Shown in pieces: positions 1 through 13,500 of a DNA stretch of 64,000 nucleotides. How positions within the stretch are numbered: the first letter of the stretch is position 1; each line of letters starts with the position of its first letter. A program made the translations under genes and the position numbers. The notes beneath the pieces are model-generated. The model was not told the DNA's origin. It saw nothing but the letters and a program-made list of their open reading frames with translations, and searched no databases. Source of the DNA: Octopus vulgaris (taxonomy: Eukaryota); contig OX597826.1 in assembly GCA_951406725.2 (NCBI GenBank), positions 79,112,001 to 79,176,000 on the forward strand. Direction: 5' to 3'.

Positions 1-627
1 TCGGGCCTTGTGCCTAGAGTTGCAAAGAATATTTTGTTTGATTAAGGCAGGGAGCTGACAGAATTGTTAACACACCAGGCAATGTTTAAAGTCCAAATTC
101 TACCTTCTCACCTGTATGTGTGTGTCTGTGTGTGTGTGAAAGTATGTCTCATTGCTTTTTTCCCCCTCTTCTTTCTTCCTCCTTACTCTCTCTATTATTC
201 TTCTTCACCTCTACCTCTTCCTCCTATTTTCTCTTCCTCTTCCTCTCACCCATTCATTCTCTTCCTTCTTACCATCTTTCTCTCTTCCTTTGCTAACTTT
301 CCAGTTATTTCTTATTCTCTTATCCCATTTCTATCCTTTATCCTCCTCCTCCTCCTCTTGCCGTCTCTTCCTATTTTTCTCCTCTCTCTCTCTCTGTTTC
401 TCTCATTCACCCCACACCTCTCCAGACTTCAAAACTTCCTGTCTTGCCCTAATGACTTCCAGATTCAAAAGCTTCAATTCTTCTCCTTTTATCAACTTCA
501 AAACCTTGTGATCCTCCTTATTCATTCATTGCTGCCATTTGGTATCTTCTTCTTTCAAGTTGGAACATCCACTAATTATTACAATTAGTGGAGGTGATGA
601 TGATGATGATGATGATGATGATAATAG

Positions 628-837
628 TTTCAGATTTTGGCACAAGGCCAGCAATTTTTGGGGGTGAGTAAGTTGATTAGATCAACCCCAGTGCTCAACT
701 GGTACTTATTTTATTGACCCCAAAAAGATGAAAGGCTAGGTAGACTTTGGTGGAATTTGAACTCAGAATGTAAAGGCAGACAAAATGTTGCTAAGTGTTT
801 TGCCTGGTGTGCTAACGATTCTGCCAACGAGCTGCCT
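628..837 (-). mobile_element. tRNA-derived SINE, family A (representative copy)
   Basis: Head ggcagctcgttggcagaatcgttagca...gttctgagttcaaattcc (A/B-box-like) and core gcctttcatcct...gggtcgataaa.taagtaccag (resembles the Deu/Nin SINE domain, unverified). Other copies: ~4606-5370 (cluster), 9775-9970, 10545-10725, 12897-13095, 21676-21912, 22268-22485, 31844-32075, 36038-36840 (cluster), 41392-41595. Confidence 0.8.
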
Positions 838-1094
838 TGATGATGATAATAATTATAATACAGAACAAATAATTCAAGAGAAAATATTTGCAAGGATATT
901 ATTGACTCTATCATTATCTAGTGTAACAATTAGTATGCTCTTTGATTAATTTTAATTATAATTACAGTAATGATGATGATGATAATTCTAATAATAATGG
1001 GTCTTCTTAAGCACAACATAATTCCAAAAGTCTCGGTCATTGCCTCTGTGAGGCCCAACACTTGAAAGGAAGTCACCCACTTTGCTAAGTAATA

Positions 1095-1458
1095 TCTCTA
1101 TATATATAAATGGCAAAATGTCTGTGTGTGTGTCCTTTATACAAATCCACAATTTTTCAGTTAGAGGGCTCGCACTTTCTATGGTCATTCAAAACCGTCC
1201 AAGGGTGGTCGTGCACATCTTTACATTTCCACAGTCACCCCGCAAAGCCATTAAAAAATCAATAGAAGTGACATTTTTGTGAATTTTCTATCCAAAACCC
1301 AATCAAAATGCCCGAAACTTGATACGCCAATTGAATGCCAGCTAGCTGTATGTGATTGGTCGGAGATTTGGACAGTACTCGCGTGTATGTGTGCACGCAC
1401 GCAGCTGTATATGCATGCACTAGCACCATGACCCGGCATTGCTGGGTCATAGTGCTAG
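1095..1458 (+). mobile_element. Non-autonomous Helitron
   Basis: Starts TC after A1094 and ends CTAG before T1459 (AT target, no TSD). Strong terminal hairpin ACTAGCACcATGACCCGGCA-t-TGCTGGGTCATaGTGCTAGT at 1419-1459. Confidence 0.7.
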
Positions 1459-2076
1459 TTTAATTATAAAAATATAATTTGGTTCTTTTAAACATCAAAT
1501 GGCTGTGAGTAAAATAGGAATAAAAAGGAGTCCATAGGTGGGAAATGGTTCAGAAACATTGATCTGGTTGCCCGAATCAAGGTACTTGAGTGATACTGGG
1601 CTTCTGTTTGGTTCAAGGTGTATCCAAGTGTTGCTCTGTGAATTGAGCACTACTTCATCTTTCTCTCATGGGTAATTATTAAAGTACCTTCCCTCTTCCC
1701 CTAAAAAGAACAAAACTAACGAGTCAACGAGGAAGTCTGCTATGTGGTCAGTTGATTTGCTAGAAATGGCAACCAAATCTCCTTCAAATGATACCTGGCC
1801 ATTGTAACAAACAAACAAAAAAAAGGAAATGAAATGGAACCTAGATTAATATAATTCCTGATATGCAAACAAATGAGATGGTCATGGTTGAAAAGTCTTT
1901 GATAATGGACTTGCATGATCATTGTTGACTTGAAACTTAAACAACAACAACAATGAACAAAGACTGTTGCACTTTACCTGCAATTTAAGAGGTGGGGAAT
2001 CACCTGTCTCTTGGTTTGTTACACATCATGCATACAGACAGACAGATGCACTCACTCAGACATAGAAGCAGGGCAA

Positions 2077-2081
<5 letters not shown>

Positions 2082-2113
<32 letters not shown>

Positions 2114-3390
2114 TGCGCACATACCCACACACGTACTTCGTACTCATTGAAGTTATTACACCCTCCACTTCTCCTAACCTTCATAGCAGGAACCACAACT
2201 ACGACTGTGGCTGTTGTCATCATCATCACCATCACCATCACTACCATCACCATCACCATCATCATTATCATCACCATCACCATCACCATCATCATTATCA
2301 TCACCATCACCATCATCACCATCTCCTCTCATCACCACCACCACCACCACCACCACCTCTGTTGTTGCTAGTACTATAAACCATCAAGGAGGCTGCTGCC
2401 ACCACAACCATCAACACCACCATTACTACTACTGCTGCTGCTGCTGCTGCAACATCAGAGATACCTACCATTTGGTTGTCAGTCACTGATTGCAGTAACA
2501 AAGCCCTATTGTGTTACGGGTTTTATTCTTAAGCTGTCTGTAATGAAAATAGAAAATTGGCTGACTGGGTGGTGATGGTCATGGTGGGGGTGGTGCTAGT
2601 GATGGTGGTAGTAATACTGGTAGTATAGTGGTCTTTGTAAGGGTGGTGATGATGTGGTGGGTTTGATGGTGTCGATCTTGGTGGTGTTGGCGATGGTGGT
2701 GGTGGTAGTAAGAGTGGTAGTTTTAGTGGTTGTGGTGGTAGTAAAAGTAGTGGTTGTGTTAGTGTAATGTTATGGTTGGTGGTGGTGATCAGGATGGTAT
2801 GGGTCAGGATGATGGCATTAGAGTGGTGGTGGTATTGGTGGTGGTAGTATGATGTTGGTGATGGTGGTGGTGGTGGTGGTGGTTGTGCTGGTTTGGTGGT
2901 AGTAGTGTTGGTTGTGGTCACAGTAGTGGTATTTATGGATCGGTTGTTGTCGGTGGGGTAGTATTGGTGATTGTTGTGGTACTGCTGGTGTGGTAGTGGT
3001 GAAGAGTTGGTCATGGTGAGGTGGTAGTTGCAGTGTCATGGCGAGTGGGTTTCTCTCTGTAAATAAGGTGTATGTATGTAGATATGTGTGTGCGTGTGTG
3101 TGTGTATGCATATGCACACACAAACATAAAAATTTACCCTAGCTCACAGTTATATATATACACACACACACACACACAGAAATGTGTGTGTATGTATATA
3201 TGTGTGTGTATATATATATGTGTGTGTGTATATATATATGTGAATAAATATACACACACATGCACAGAAATGTATGTGTATATATATGTACACACACACA
3301 CATGCATAGAAATGTGTGTGTATATATATATGTATTAGATATATGCATATACACACATACAAATATGTGTATGGATGTGTGTGTGTGTGA
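2082..3390. repeat. Compound microsatellite / low-complexity block: (CA)n, (CAT/CAC)n, (GGT)n, (TA/TG)n
   Basis: Directly visible. It generates the poly-His/Pro/Thr ORFs. Similar blocks at 6930-7440, 11440-11740, 25930-27480, 45250-45470, 61020-61330 and 63590-63960. Confidence 0.95.
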
Positions 3391-3852
3391 ATGAAGGCCC
3401 TTGTTCTTGGATTAAAGAGAATGCCTTTTTTTTTTCACAATAGTTCAGATATTTTGTTACTTGTATGAAAGACTTAATGTTGCACAGATGTTGTTGAAAA
3501 CCTTATTTAAGCTTTTCCTTCACACTTTCTTCTACGTCTCACCTCCCTCCCTCCCACCCACCCCACCCGTGCCAGTGTTCAACCATTATGTAACTTAAGT
3601 TCATTTAAAAGCTCTAAAAATAAAATTCATGTTATTGTTTTAATTCTTCCCTTTTTTTCTTTTTTACTCGTTTCAGTCGTTGGACTGTGGCCATGCTGGG
3701 TTATTTATTGCCTTGAGGGGTTTTTTTAGTCAATTAAATTGTTCCCAGTATTTTGTTTATTAAAGACCTCGTTCTTATTCTGTTGGTGTCTCACCAGTTG
3801 ATGACCACTGGGGTGGTGGGTAGGTGAGATAAACGTAGACATAGTGCATACG

Positions 3853-3883
<31 letters not shown>

Positions 3884-4169
3884 ACTTGATGTTAGGTGCA
3901 TATTTCTTTTGTCTATACATCGTCTTTTAGCATCCATGTTCCATGCTGGTATGGGCTGGATGTGACACATATGTTGTATATATACACTATATATATGTAC
4001 ATATTTCCTTTATATAGTTAAATAAGATTTTGGAAAAAAAAAACTTGTAGAATGCTATGCAAAGCTCATCCACATGTATTGGCTACCTCATGTCATCATA
4101 CAGTGGACGTACTCCTGTTTATACCTCAGGAATTCCTTACTATCCGTAGAGTTTATAGAAATAGATAAA

Positions 4170-4580
4170 TAGCAGAGAATGGAATGAATGACATTTCTGT
4201 ATTTCTTTCTGATGTTATTTCCATGTCTTTTACAAGGCATTTCTTTTCCATGATAACAATGTCTGAATAGTTTTCTACTATTCCCCAGCCTATATCAATA
4301 GGCATACCCCCTAATGGTATAGGAGTGTTCTTGTTTTCTGCGTTGGTTTCCAATTGATGTTCATGTCATTTCTCTGTAGTCTTGGTGTTATATTCTTTGC
4401 AGTCCTTCTGCCTTCTTGAAATGTTGGATGCTTTCTGTCTTAGGTAGTTCTAAATTGCCAGAGACAAAATGGTCAGTGGTTTCTTTGGACTTGCTACGTA
4501 TTCTGCCTTGCATTTTGGTGCCAGTTTTTTTATTCTTTGTTGATAGGACTTTGCTGGAAGGCTCTGGCCATGTGCAGCAA
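4170..4580 (-). pseudogene. Decayed restriction-endonuclease-type (R2/R4-like) LINE C-terminal fragment
   Basis: Minus-strand translations give ETTDHFVSG.LELPKTESIQH (degenerate CCHC knuckle, cf. ET.DH..SGC..LA..EY..RH) followed by NYSDIVIMEKKCLVKDMEI (cf. NRPDIVI..K.C..IDV.I, PD-D/E nuclease). Disrupted. Confidence 0.5.
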
Positions 4581-5151
4581 TGATTATTATTGTTATTGTT
4601 GTTAATTCCACCGAGGTTGACTTTGCCTTTCATCCTTTTGGGGTTGATAAATTAAGTACCAGTTGCGTACTGGGATCGATCTAATCGACTGGCCCCTCCC
4701 CCAAAATTTCAGGCCTTGTGCCTAGAATAGAAAGGATTATTGTTGTTAATTCCACCAAGGTTGATTTTGTGTTTCATCCTTTCGGGATCGATAAAGTAAG
4801 TACCAGTCAAATACTGGGGTCAATGTAACTGACTTATCTCCTCCCTCTAGATTGCTGGCCTTGTGCCAAAATTTGAAATCGTTGTTGCTGTTGCTGTTAT
4901 TATTGTTCAGTTAAAGGCAGCAAGCTGGCAGAATTGTTAACACACTGGGCAAAATGCTTAGAATCCTGTCTTTATGTTCTGAGTTCAAATTCTGCCAAGG
5001 TCAACTTTGCCTTTCATCCTCTCAAGGTCAATAAAGTACCAGTAAAACAATGGGGTCAATGTAATCGACTAGCCCCTTCCCCCAAATTTCAATTCTTGTG
5101 CCTTTAGTAGAAAGGATTATTATTGTTCAGTTGAGTTCAAATTCTGCTGTG

Positions 5152-5318
5152 GTCGACTTTGCCTTTCATCCTTTTAAGGTCGACTTTGCCTTTCATCCTT
5201 TGGGGGTCGACTTTGCCTTTCATCCTTTGGGGGTCGACTTTGCCTTTCATCCTTTGGGGGTCGACTTTGCCTTTCATCCTTTGGGGGTCGACTTTGCCTT
5301 TCATCCTTTGGGGATCGA
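5152..5318 (+). repeat. 27-bp tandem array (6 units) of a SINE core segment gtcgactttgcctttcatcctttgggg
   Basis: Near-identical units with no spacers, embedded in a family A SINE. It produces the VDFAFHPLG repeat ORF. Confidence 0.92.
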
Positions 5319-6198
5319 TAAAATGACCCCCTAAATTTCAGTCCTTATGCCTGCAATAGAAAAGTTGTTATTTTTATTCCTGCTTTCATAGCATGAGTGA
5401 GCATAGTTCTGTACACCTTAAATACACAACATAATTATGACATTTTTTTTTTTTACATATTATTTTCATATTTTTCTATTTTATTACCCCCTCCCCCAGT
5501 TAGTACTGTTTTCTGTTTGTCATTTCCCTGCATATGTCCTGCAAATTTTTTTCTTTTTGCTAAAGTGGATTATTTAAACAGCTGAGAAGCACAACTGGTA
5601 AATTACTGAAATTAAATGCTTTACATCGAAGGTTTTCAACCCATTTTGGCCAAAGGGCCACTTTTGACCCTTGAAGTCACAAATGCCCCTCCCCCTCCCT
5701 CGAAGATGATTTTAGTTTTCAATATACTACTTATTTTGATATCAGCAGATAATGATTAAAAAATAAAGGACGTCGTTTTACATATGCGCTTGTATGCAGT
5801 TGGGGGGTACAGATGTACAAATTGAAATGCAAAAAAAAAAATTAAATAATAAATTGAAAGTTTGGTAATTGCATTTATTTCCACCACGTGGCACTTATGA
5901 GATCAACATGTTGTCTATTGAAAGAGTGCTCTTTGGTACAAGAGAGCTCCTTTGCTCCAAAACGCACCCCCATCGAGCTCCAAATGGCACCCCCCCTGAG
6001 GGGTGGGGGCATATGGTCCCCATTGGGAACCTTTGCTGAGGGTGTATATAAATGTATGAGTGTAGCAGCTACTGGTTTTTGTATGTACTATATATTTGTA
6101 GATGTCTTTGCATTGATGTCAAACCCTAGGTCACTCTTAGGTGAGTTGACCTGTGATCCAGCCATGTCTCATGTTATCCTTGTTTTCCTGGGCTTGTG

Positions 6199-6445
6199 GA
6201 GGCACATGGCTCAGTGGTTAGGGTGTTGGGTTAATGATTGTAAGATCGTAATTTCGATTTCTGGACCGGGCGATGCAGTGTGTTCTTGAGCAAAACACTT
6301 CGTTTCACTTTGCCCCTGTCCACTCAGCTGGCAAAAGTGAGTAACGCTGCGATGGACTGGCATCCCATCCAGGTGGCAAATATATACGCCGTTGAAATCG
6401 GGGAAACTAGCCCTTATGAGCCTGGCATGGCTCGAAAAGGAAATC
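6199..6445 (+). mobile_element. tRNA-derived CORE-like SINE, family B
   Basis: tggctcagtggttaggg (A box) ... ttcgattt (B-box-like), then gtgttcttgagcaaaacactt.tttcac.ttg..cc.gtccactcagctg. Related copies at 12435-12717(-), 16665-17000, 24516-24838, 43760-44068(-) and 45590-45722(-). Confidence 0.7.
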
Positions 6446-7681
6446 TTCATTTTTTTTATTTCCTGGGCTTATATATCCACTGTGTCCTTTTCTTTTATGG
6501 GGAAGATTTGGTTACTATTTCTAGCTGATGGATTGACTCCTATATCTGTGTATGTGTATGTGTGTGTGTATGTCTCTCTGGAGCAGCATAAATACTTGTG
6601 TGTGTGTGTGTGCAAATATGGTATACGTTTGCTTATGTTTGTATCTGCTCATATTGTGTCTGTTGTTTATGTTGTGTGTGTGTTTTGTGGGGGGGAGAAA
6701 GAGAGGGAGAGCAGGGGGTAGGTCTGTTTACTCTTTGTCTCCACCCTGCTACTGCTTGTCTATCAGTTACATCACCCTCACCCTCCCCCCAATCACTATG
6801 TTTCTCCCCCCACCAACCCCCACCCCACCCCCTCCTGCCACCCACAGACCAGCCTTACTTTCCCTGCTGTTCCACTGTTTATACAATTGGCTTCGAGGGA
6901 ATCCCTTCTCTCTCTTTTTCCTTGCAGAGCGATGGTGGCAGCAGCAGTGGTGGTGGTGGTGGGAGTATTGGTATTTGTTGTGGTGGTGGTGGTGTTGGTT
7001 GTGTAGTAGAGATGGTATAGTAAGAGTAGAGGCGGTGGTAGTGGTGGTGTTGGTTACGATGGTGCAGCAAGTGTTGGTGGTAGTGTAGGTGGTGTCGGTA
7101 GTTTTTTTTGTTGTAGAAGGGGTGGAAGAAGAAGAAAGGTGATGGGGGATGATGGTGAGTGACACTTGTGGTGATGGTGTCCAGCAGATAGGAGAGGATG
7201 GCAATAATGATGGGTGATGGTCATGGTGACAATCGCGGTACTAGTGTTGGTCAGTAATAGTTGTAGAAATTATGGGTGGATGATGAGATCTTGTGGCAGT
7301 CAGGATTGTGGAACTGATCTTAATGAGGTGTGATGTGAGTAGTAGTAGTAGCAGCAGCAGCAGTAGTAGTAGTAATAGCAGCAGCAGTAGTAGTGGTAGC
7401 AACACCAGTTGTCATAGTAGTAGTAGTAGTAGATGGATAACATTGATGGTCAGTGGTCCATAGTACTACTCCATCTGTACGCACATATCTACACAGTCAT
7501 TCATTCAAACTCCCTTTCACTCTGTTTATCTCTGTCTCTCTAATCCTACCCCTCCCCCACACACCCACCTTGTCTTTTACATGGTACTTGATCTGATAAT
7601 CTGATATGCAGGCACCATGTGGTTGCCTGCCATGGGAATAAGGTGAGACTGGAGGTCTGGTTGTCACGGCTCTGTTGCAGG

Positions 7682-7719
<38 letters not shown>

Positions 7720-10060
7720 TATATATATCTTAGTCTCTATGGCCCCCACCCCTATCTAAGTCTCTGTGAAGGGCATTAAGAACCAACAAGAGAGCCTCTT
7801 TAGCAGGCATGGGTACCCTTTTTTTTTTTTGAGAAGTGGGCCCTGCATGAGACATGATTTGTCATCAGATAGGGTGCACTACTAACAAAATTTAAGATAA
7901 CTTTTTTTGACGCATTCAGAAAGTCCCTCCCTGGGTCACATGCTGCTCATGACTGCTTTGTAGTTTTGTCTGCTAGAAATAGCAACCAAATCTCTCTTAA
8001 GTTACACCATACTGTCTTGACAAAAGACAGACATGTATACAATGATGAAGTATTGGATAATGTAGTCACAGAGATCTTGTCTTGCCTGGAAATACAGTGA
8101 AATATTGGTGGTTGGAGTGTTTCTGACCAAAGGTCTGCTGAGTCAAGACTGACCACAAGCATGTCAGCTGACCACCTGTGTGTTGCAGCTAGGTTCAAGG
8201 TTGTATTTGGACTGCACACTTAGTGTGGTCCCTCAGCCCTCTAGAAATAGCAGTCTAGTCTCCTTCACTTCACACCATACTATCTTGAAGCAAAGAAAAG
8301 GACACATTGGGTAAATGTAGTCTTAGAGACAAAAGTTCCAACATGGTAATTTCCATTCTAAAGGGAAGATTTTGCAAGGAATTTTTAGGTTATTTTTACG
8401 TACTTCCTTCAACATTGGAACATTTTGTCATCTTTGGGATTCAAACAGAAAAAAAAAACCCATTTCTGTTAGCTGCTGATTTGAATTCTTTATGCCACCA
8501 GTGTTGTCTAAAGGAATGGTAAGGGCCAATACAGTTTGGCTCTGCTGTTGTTACAGATGTTGCTGTCAGAACCTAAACAGCTGGAACTTAGTAAAAGGCA
8601 TTCTATTCAACAAACTTAGAGATCTTCTAATCTGCCATCTTGCATTGATAATTCAAAAACCTTGGAAGGATGAAAGAAAAAGCTGATTTTGGTAAGGATT
8701 TTAACTCAGAGAGCATAGCGAGTTGGATCAAACACCAGAAGGCATTCTAATAACCCTGTTAATATATTGTTTTAGTCTGAGATTAGTAAGGCCAAAATCT
8801 GGAATCTGAGGAAATTGGGAATGGTCTTTGTCAGCAGCACTTAGTTCCAAGAAGAATGTGGTCGGTTGAATTGCTGGATGGGAGTGAAGAATCTGACGTT
8901 TCAGGATCTTGTTCTTTGACTGTGAAGAAGAGAAAGAAAAAGTTGTTGTTTCTGGATTAAAAAAACATGATGGTCATAGTTGAGGCGCTTTTGATCAAAT
9001 TGGGAGATGTTTCTGTGGGAAGAGAATTATGTGCAAAATGGATTAGGGTGTGAAGTGTTTGGCATGGATGGAATCTCGGTCTGGTGATCAGGGAGTAACC
9101 CATTAAAGCTAATGAGGGAGGAAGTACTGTGTACATTGAGTGGGTTTAAATGGGAATGGTATTATAGAGTCTTTCGACTTGGAGGAATATCATCATTTAA
9201 CTTCTGTTTTCCTTGCTGGCATGGGTTGGACGGTTTGATAGGAGCTGGCATGGCTGGATTGCTGCACCAGGCTTCAGTTGTCTGTTTCAGCCTGATTTCT
9301 ATGGCTGGATGCCCTTCCCAACACCAACCACTTTACGGAGTGGACTCAGTGCTCTTAATGTGACGCCAGTATGGGAACTTTTTATGTGACGCCAGCACCA
9401 CTACTTCTTACATGGCAGCACTCTATGTGCTTTTTACCAACATGGGAACATTTTATGTGGCACCAGTGCAGATACTTTTTACATGGCACCAGCATCAGTG
9501 CTTTTCATGTGGCACCAGCACAGGCGCTTACCACATGGTACCAGCACTGGTGTGAGTGAAGACTATTTAACAAAGAATTCTGATGTCTTGGGCTGTATGC
9601 TCGGTTTTTGTTTTAAAGAGCATTCCTACACCTTTCCTTCAACATTGGAACATTTTGTCTTTGGAAATAAAAAAAGAAAGAAAGAAATTACATTTCTGTT
9701 ACATGCTGACCGAATTCTGATTCTGCAAGTTCTTTCCTGACCATATTCCAAATGTAATGTTAGTACAATTGTGTGGTGGTCAGCTGGCAGAATGACCAAC
9801 ACACTGAGCAAAATGCTGCCAAGCATTTCACCCATCTTTATGTTCTGAGATTGACTCTGCCTTTCATTCTTTAGGGGTTGATAAAATAAGGACCAGTTAT
9901 GCACTGGGGTTGATGTAATTGACTTACCCCCTCCTCCCAAAATGCTGGCCTTGTGTCAAAATCTGAAATCAATTTAAGGTTTAAGAGTTTATACAAACTG
10001 AAGATATCATATTTTCAGTATGCAAGGCGACAGAGCATATTGTGCAAACATTAAGACATT

Positions 10061-10509
10061 ATTTACATTATTTACATTATTTACATTTGATGATATTTGT
10101 CCTCATCTTGTTTGTTGTTAACACAATGTTTTGGCTGATATACCATCCAGCCTTCATCAGGTGTCTTGGGGAAATTTTAAACCTGGGTTCTCATTCCTAA
10201 GGTATTTTTCGATGTTATTATTATAATTCACCCCATAACATGCCCACGGGCATATGGCGTAGTGGTTAAGAGTGCGGGCTACTAACCCCAAGATTCCGAG
10301 TTCGATTCCAGGCAGTGACCTGGATAATAATAATAATATTGAAAAATATCTTAGGAATGAGAACCCAGGTTCGAAATTTCTCCAAGACACCTGATGAAGG
10401 CTGGAGGATATATCAGCCGAAACGTTGTTAACAACAAACAAGATGGGGACAAATATCCATCAAATGTAAATAATGTAAATAATTCCTCATCTTTTAAATA
10501 TAGGACTGT
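10061..10509 (+). mobile_element. Fold-back hammerhead/tRNA-module retroelement, copy 1
   Basis: Inverted arms ~10061-10223 and ~10325-10482. Central tRNA-like module at 10248-10320. Hammerhead motif in each arm (10386-10428 +, 10120-10165 -). Right-only tail to 10509. Exact TSD ATTAAGACATT at 10050-10060 and 10510-10520. Confidence 0.85.
10248..10320 (+). pseudogene. tRNA-derived Pol III module (not a functional tRNA)
   Basis: GGGCATATGGCGTAGTGGTTAAGAGTGCGGGCTACTAACCCCAAGATTCCGAGTTCGATTCCAGGCAGTGACC has an A box (TGGCGTAGTGG) and B box (GTTCGATTCC), but the acceptor stem does not pair. Confidence 0.75.
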
Positions 10510-13500
10510 ATTAAGACATTGTCCCTGTCTTTTCTAAATCCCTTCTACTATAGGCACAAGGCCTGAAATTTTGGGGGAAGGGGACTAGTCGATTACATTG
10601 ACCCCAGTCTTTCACTGGTCCTTATTTTACCAACCCTGAAAGGATAGAAAGCAAAGTTGACCTCGGTGGAATTTGAACTCAGAACGTAGTGACAGGCAAA
10701 ATACCACTAAGCATTTCGTCCAACTCGTTGCCATCCTGTCTTTCTAAATCCTGCAGCAGTATTCCACATGGAACTTTTGGTCCTCCAAAGCCAGTGATTT
10801 GAGGTATAAGTGTGACCTACCCCTTTCTCTGCAGTAAATTATGGTCTGAAAAATTCAACCCTACCCCACAAAACAAGGGAGTCACTTGTCAGATTTCTTC
10901 CACCACTATCACCTCTCCCCGCCACCAAACAATCTCCTCTCTTAATGTGTTATCAGTCAAACAAACAAAAAAACAAAAAAATAGTACTAAGCCACGTATG
11001 TCACATTTTTGGTATGTTTACTATTAGTATTTTTTTCTCTTTATTTTGTGGTTTTTGTGTGTGTTTTTCTTTTTAGAGTTTTCAATATTATCAGTCTGTC
11101 AGCTTCATTTAGAACATGTCCAACGCTTCATGTTTAAACTGTAAATTGCGTAGACTGTCTGTGTGTGTAAACATGTGTGTATGCTTGAGTGTGTGTACAT
11201 AGGTATGTATGTGTGTGTGTGTGTGTGTATTAGTAGAGTTGTGGTGTTGGTACCAACTCCAGAAAGGAAGATACGTTGTGCAGCAGAGATGAATTCTTTA
11301 AATTTTCTAAATGTTGCACCAAGACTTCTTCAGGACTGTCTCTCTCTCCTTCATAGAAGTGTGTGTGGGGGTTTATTATGCACAGCCTACATATACACGT
11401 CTTTACATGCACACACACACACACATATACTCTTATCATGTACATTTCTGTCTCTTCTTCACCTTCCTCTTCCTCCTCTTCTTCCTCTATTTTCCTTTCT
11501 CCATCTTCCTCTTCTTTCACCCTCTTCCTCTTCTTGTCTCCTTTTCCGCTTCCCTCTTCCTCCCCTTCTTCATCTACCTCCCTATTCCTCTCCTTCCTCT
11601 TCCTCCTCTCCTTCCTCTTCCTCATCTCCTTCCACTTCCTCATCTCCTTCCTCTTCCACCTCCCTCTTCCTCTTACTCCTCCTCCTCCTCTCTTTCCTTC
11701 TCCTTCTCCTCCCACCACCACTACTACTACTACTACAACATTCCATTTGACCTTTGCAAGCATGGAATAACTGCACATTAAACTAACAGTGACCACACCC
11801 GCACACATGCACACACACACAGTGGCACCATCATGAATTTCCCTTCCTATTTTACTGACCCAACAAATTATTCGACCAATCTTCAATTTTTTTTTTCTCT
11901 CTCTTCCTTTATGTATGTTTTGTCTTATTAAAAAGTTGAAGGAATTATCAATGAAATAGCAAACCCTTCCCCCCCCCATGACCATCCTATGTTTCCTTAT
12001 TTGTTTCCCAAGAGGGCCTTAACCGTTAGGGGTGATGACATAATTTCTCCATTGAACGAATGGCAGGGAATTCTTTATTTTCACCTGGGTTAAGCAACCA
12101 TGTTCATTTTTTTATTACCCACAAGGGGCCAACAAAGAGGGGACAGTACAATCTGATTTTGGGGTCAGATGAGCAAATGATTATACAAAATAATGACATA
12201 AAAATTTTACAAAAATAAGAAAATATAATAAAATCGAATGGTAGGACAGAACGGAAGACATTATGGATGGAATGGGGGGGGGGGGGTTTCGGACCCCACA
12301 AGCCCCGCCTCGCCACTGATACCTGAGTTACATCCTGTGTCGCATTCATGAGGTTCCATCCAAATGCAACATCCTTGCTACATTCTTCCATCGATTTTCA
12401 AACATTTTCACAGTCAGGCATTTTCTCTCTAGCCCTATTTTCCTTTGGGCAAGGTTGTTTATGGAAGACCAGCATTCGCCCATGCATACCAGCCTCCCCT
12501 CTCCATATCACTGATGTTATCCAAAGGGAAAGACAAAGGAGCCAATACAGCTTGGCACCAGTGATGTCGCAACTCATTTCTACAGCTGAGTGAACTGGAG
12601 CAACGTGAAATAAAGTGTCTTGCTCAAGAACACAACACACAGCCCAGTCTAGGAATCGAACTCACTACCTCATGATTGTGAGCCTGATGCTCTAACCACT
12701 GAACCATGCACCTTCACATACTACTACTACTACTACTGCAGTCTAGTGTAACACTGGTCTAGCTGCATTTTTTTCTCTCAATCTTACTCGTGTGTCACCC
12801 AGGTCCCTGGTGATGGTCATGACAAAGATGGAAGCGGACCCACCCTGTTAGTGCATGGATATCATTGATTTGTTGTAATTTTCATAGCAATGTTCAAGGC
12901 ATTGAGCTGGCAGAATCGTTAGCATGCCAGGCAAAATGCTTAGTGGTATTTCGTTTACCTTCATGTTCATCCAGGTTGACTTTACCTTTTGTCCTTTTGG
13001 GGTCAATAAGGTAAGTACCAGTTAAATATTGGGGGTTGATTTAGTTGACTTATTGCTCTCCCTCAAAATTGTCCTTGTGCCAGAATCTAAAATCCATCTC
13101 AATAGCAGTGGTTGGTTGATGGTTGGCTAACCCAGACACAATGCATATGGAATTTGAATTCTTGTGAGAATTGACACAATTCTTGTTGAACAAATGACAA
13201 TTTTTAGCCATAAATTTTCTAACACATCGGCTGACATATAGCTGTTCTTTCTTCATTGGTTTATTTTAAGGATTAGAGCCTACAGCATATGGCCCAAACA
13301 TGTAGTACGGTAGGGATTTGTTTAAAGAAAGCTTTGGATATCGTACCAGAGTGAATAGAATTATATCTTACCATTCTTTGTATATGTTCTTGGAGCAGCT
13401 GTTTCTAAGCTCATTACCCTTTCTTGTGCCTTCTCTTTCTATTTTTTTTCATCAGCGATTCTTTCTTTCTTGCTTCTTCTGCTATTTTTAGTAAAAGTTT

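Noticed and set aside
64-3362. Long ORFs rich in His/Pro/Thr/Leu/Ser or alternating Cys-Val/Tyr-Ile (also 6552-7204, 11163-11985, 25908-27368, 63401-63964)
   Set aside because: They are translations of microsatellite or low-complexity DNA, open in several frames on both strands, with no domain or splice support.
5152-5318. CRISPR-like array of 27-bp repeats
   Set aside because: There are no spacers, the unit is a SINE fragment, the context is eukaryotic and no cas genes are present.
10248-10320. Functional tRNA gene (ACT anticodon-like loop)
   Set aside because: The acceptor stem is unpaired, the arms are imperfect, and the module is always embedded in the repeat family.
11077-11340. Possible upstream RhoGEF exon(s) after ttttAG at 11075-11076
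   Set aside because: The donor is weak, the phase is incompatible with exon A and there is no recognisable protein similarity.
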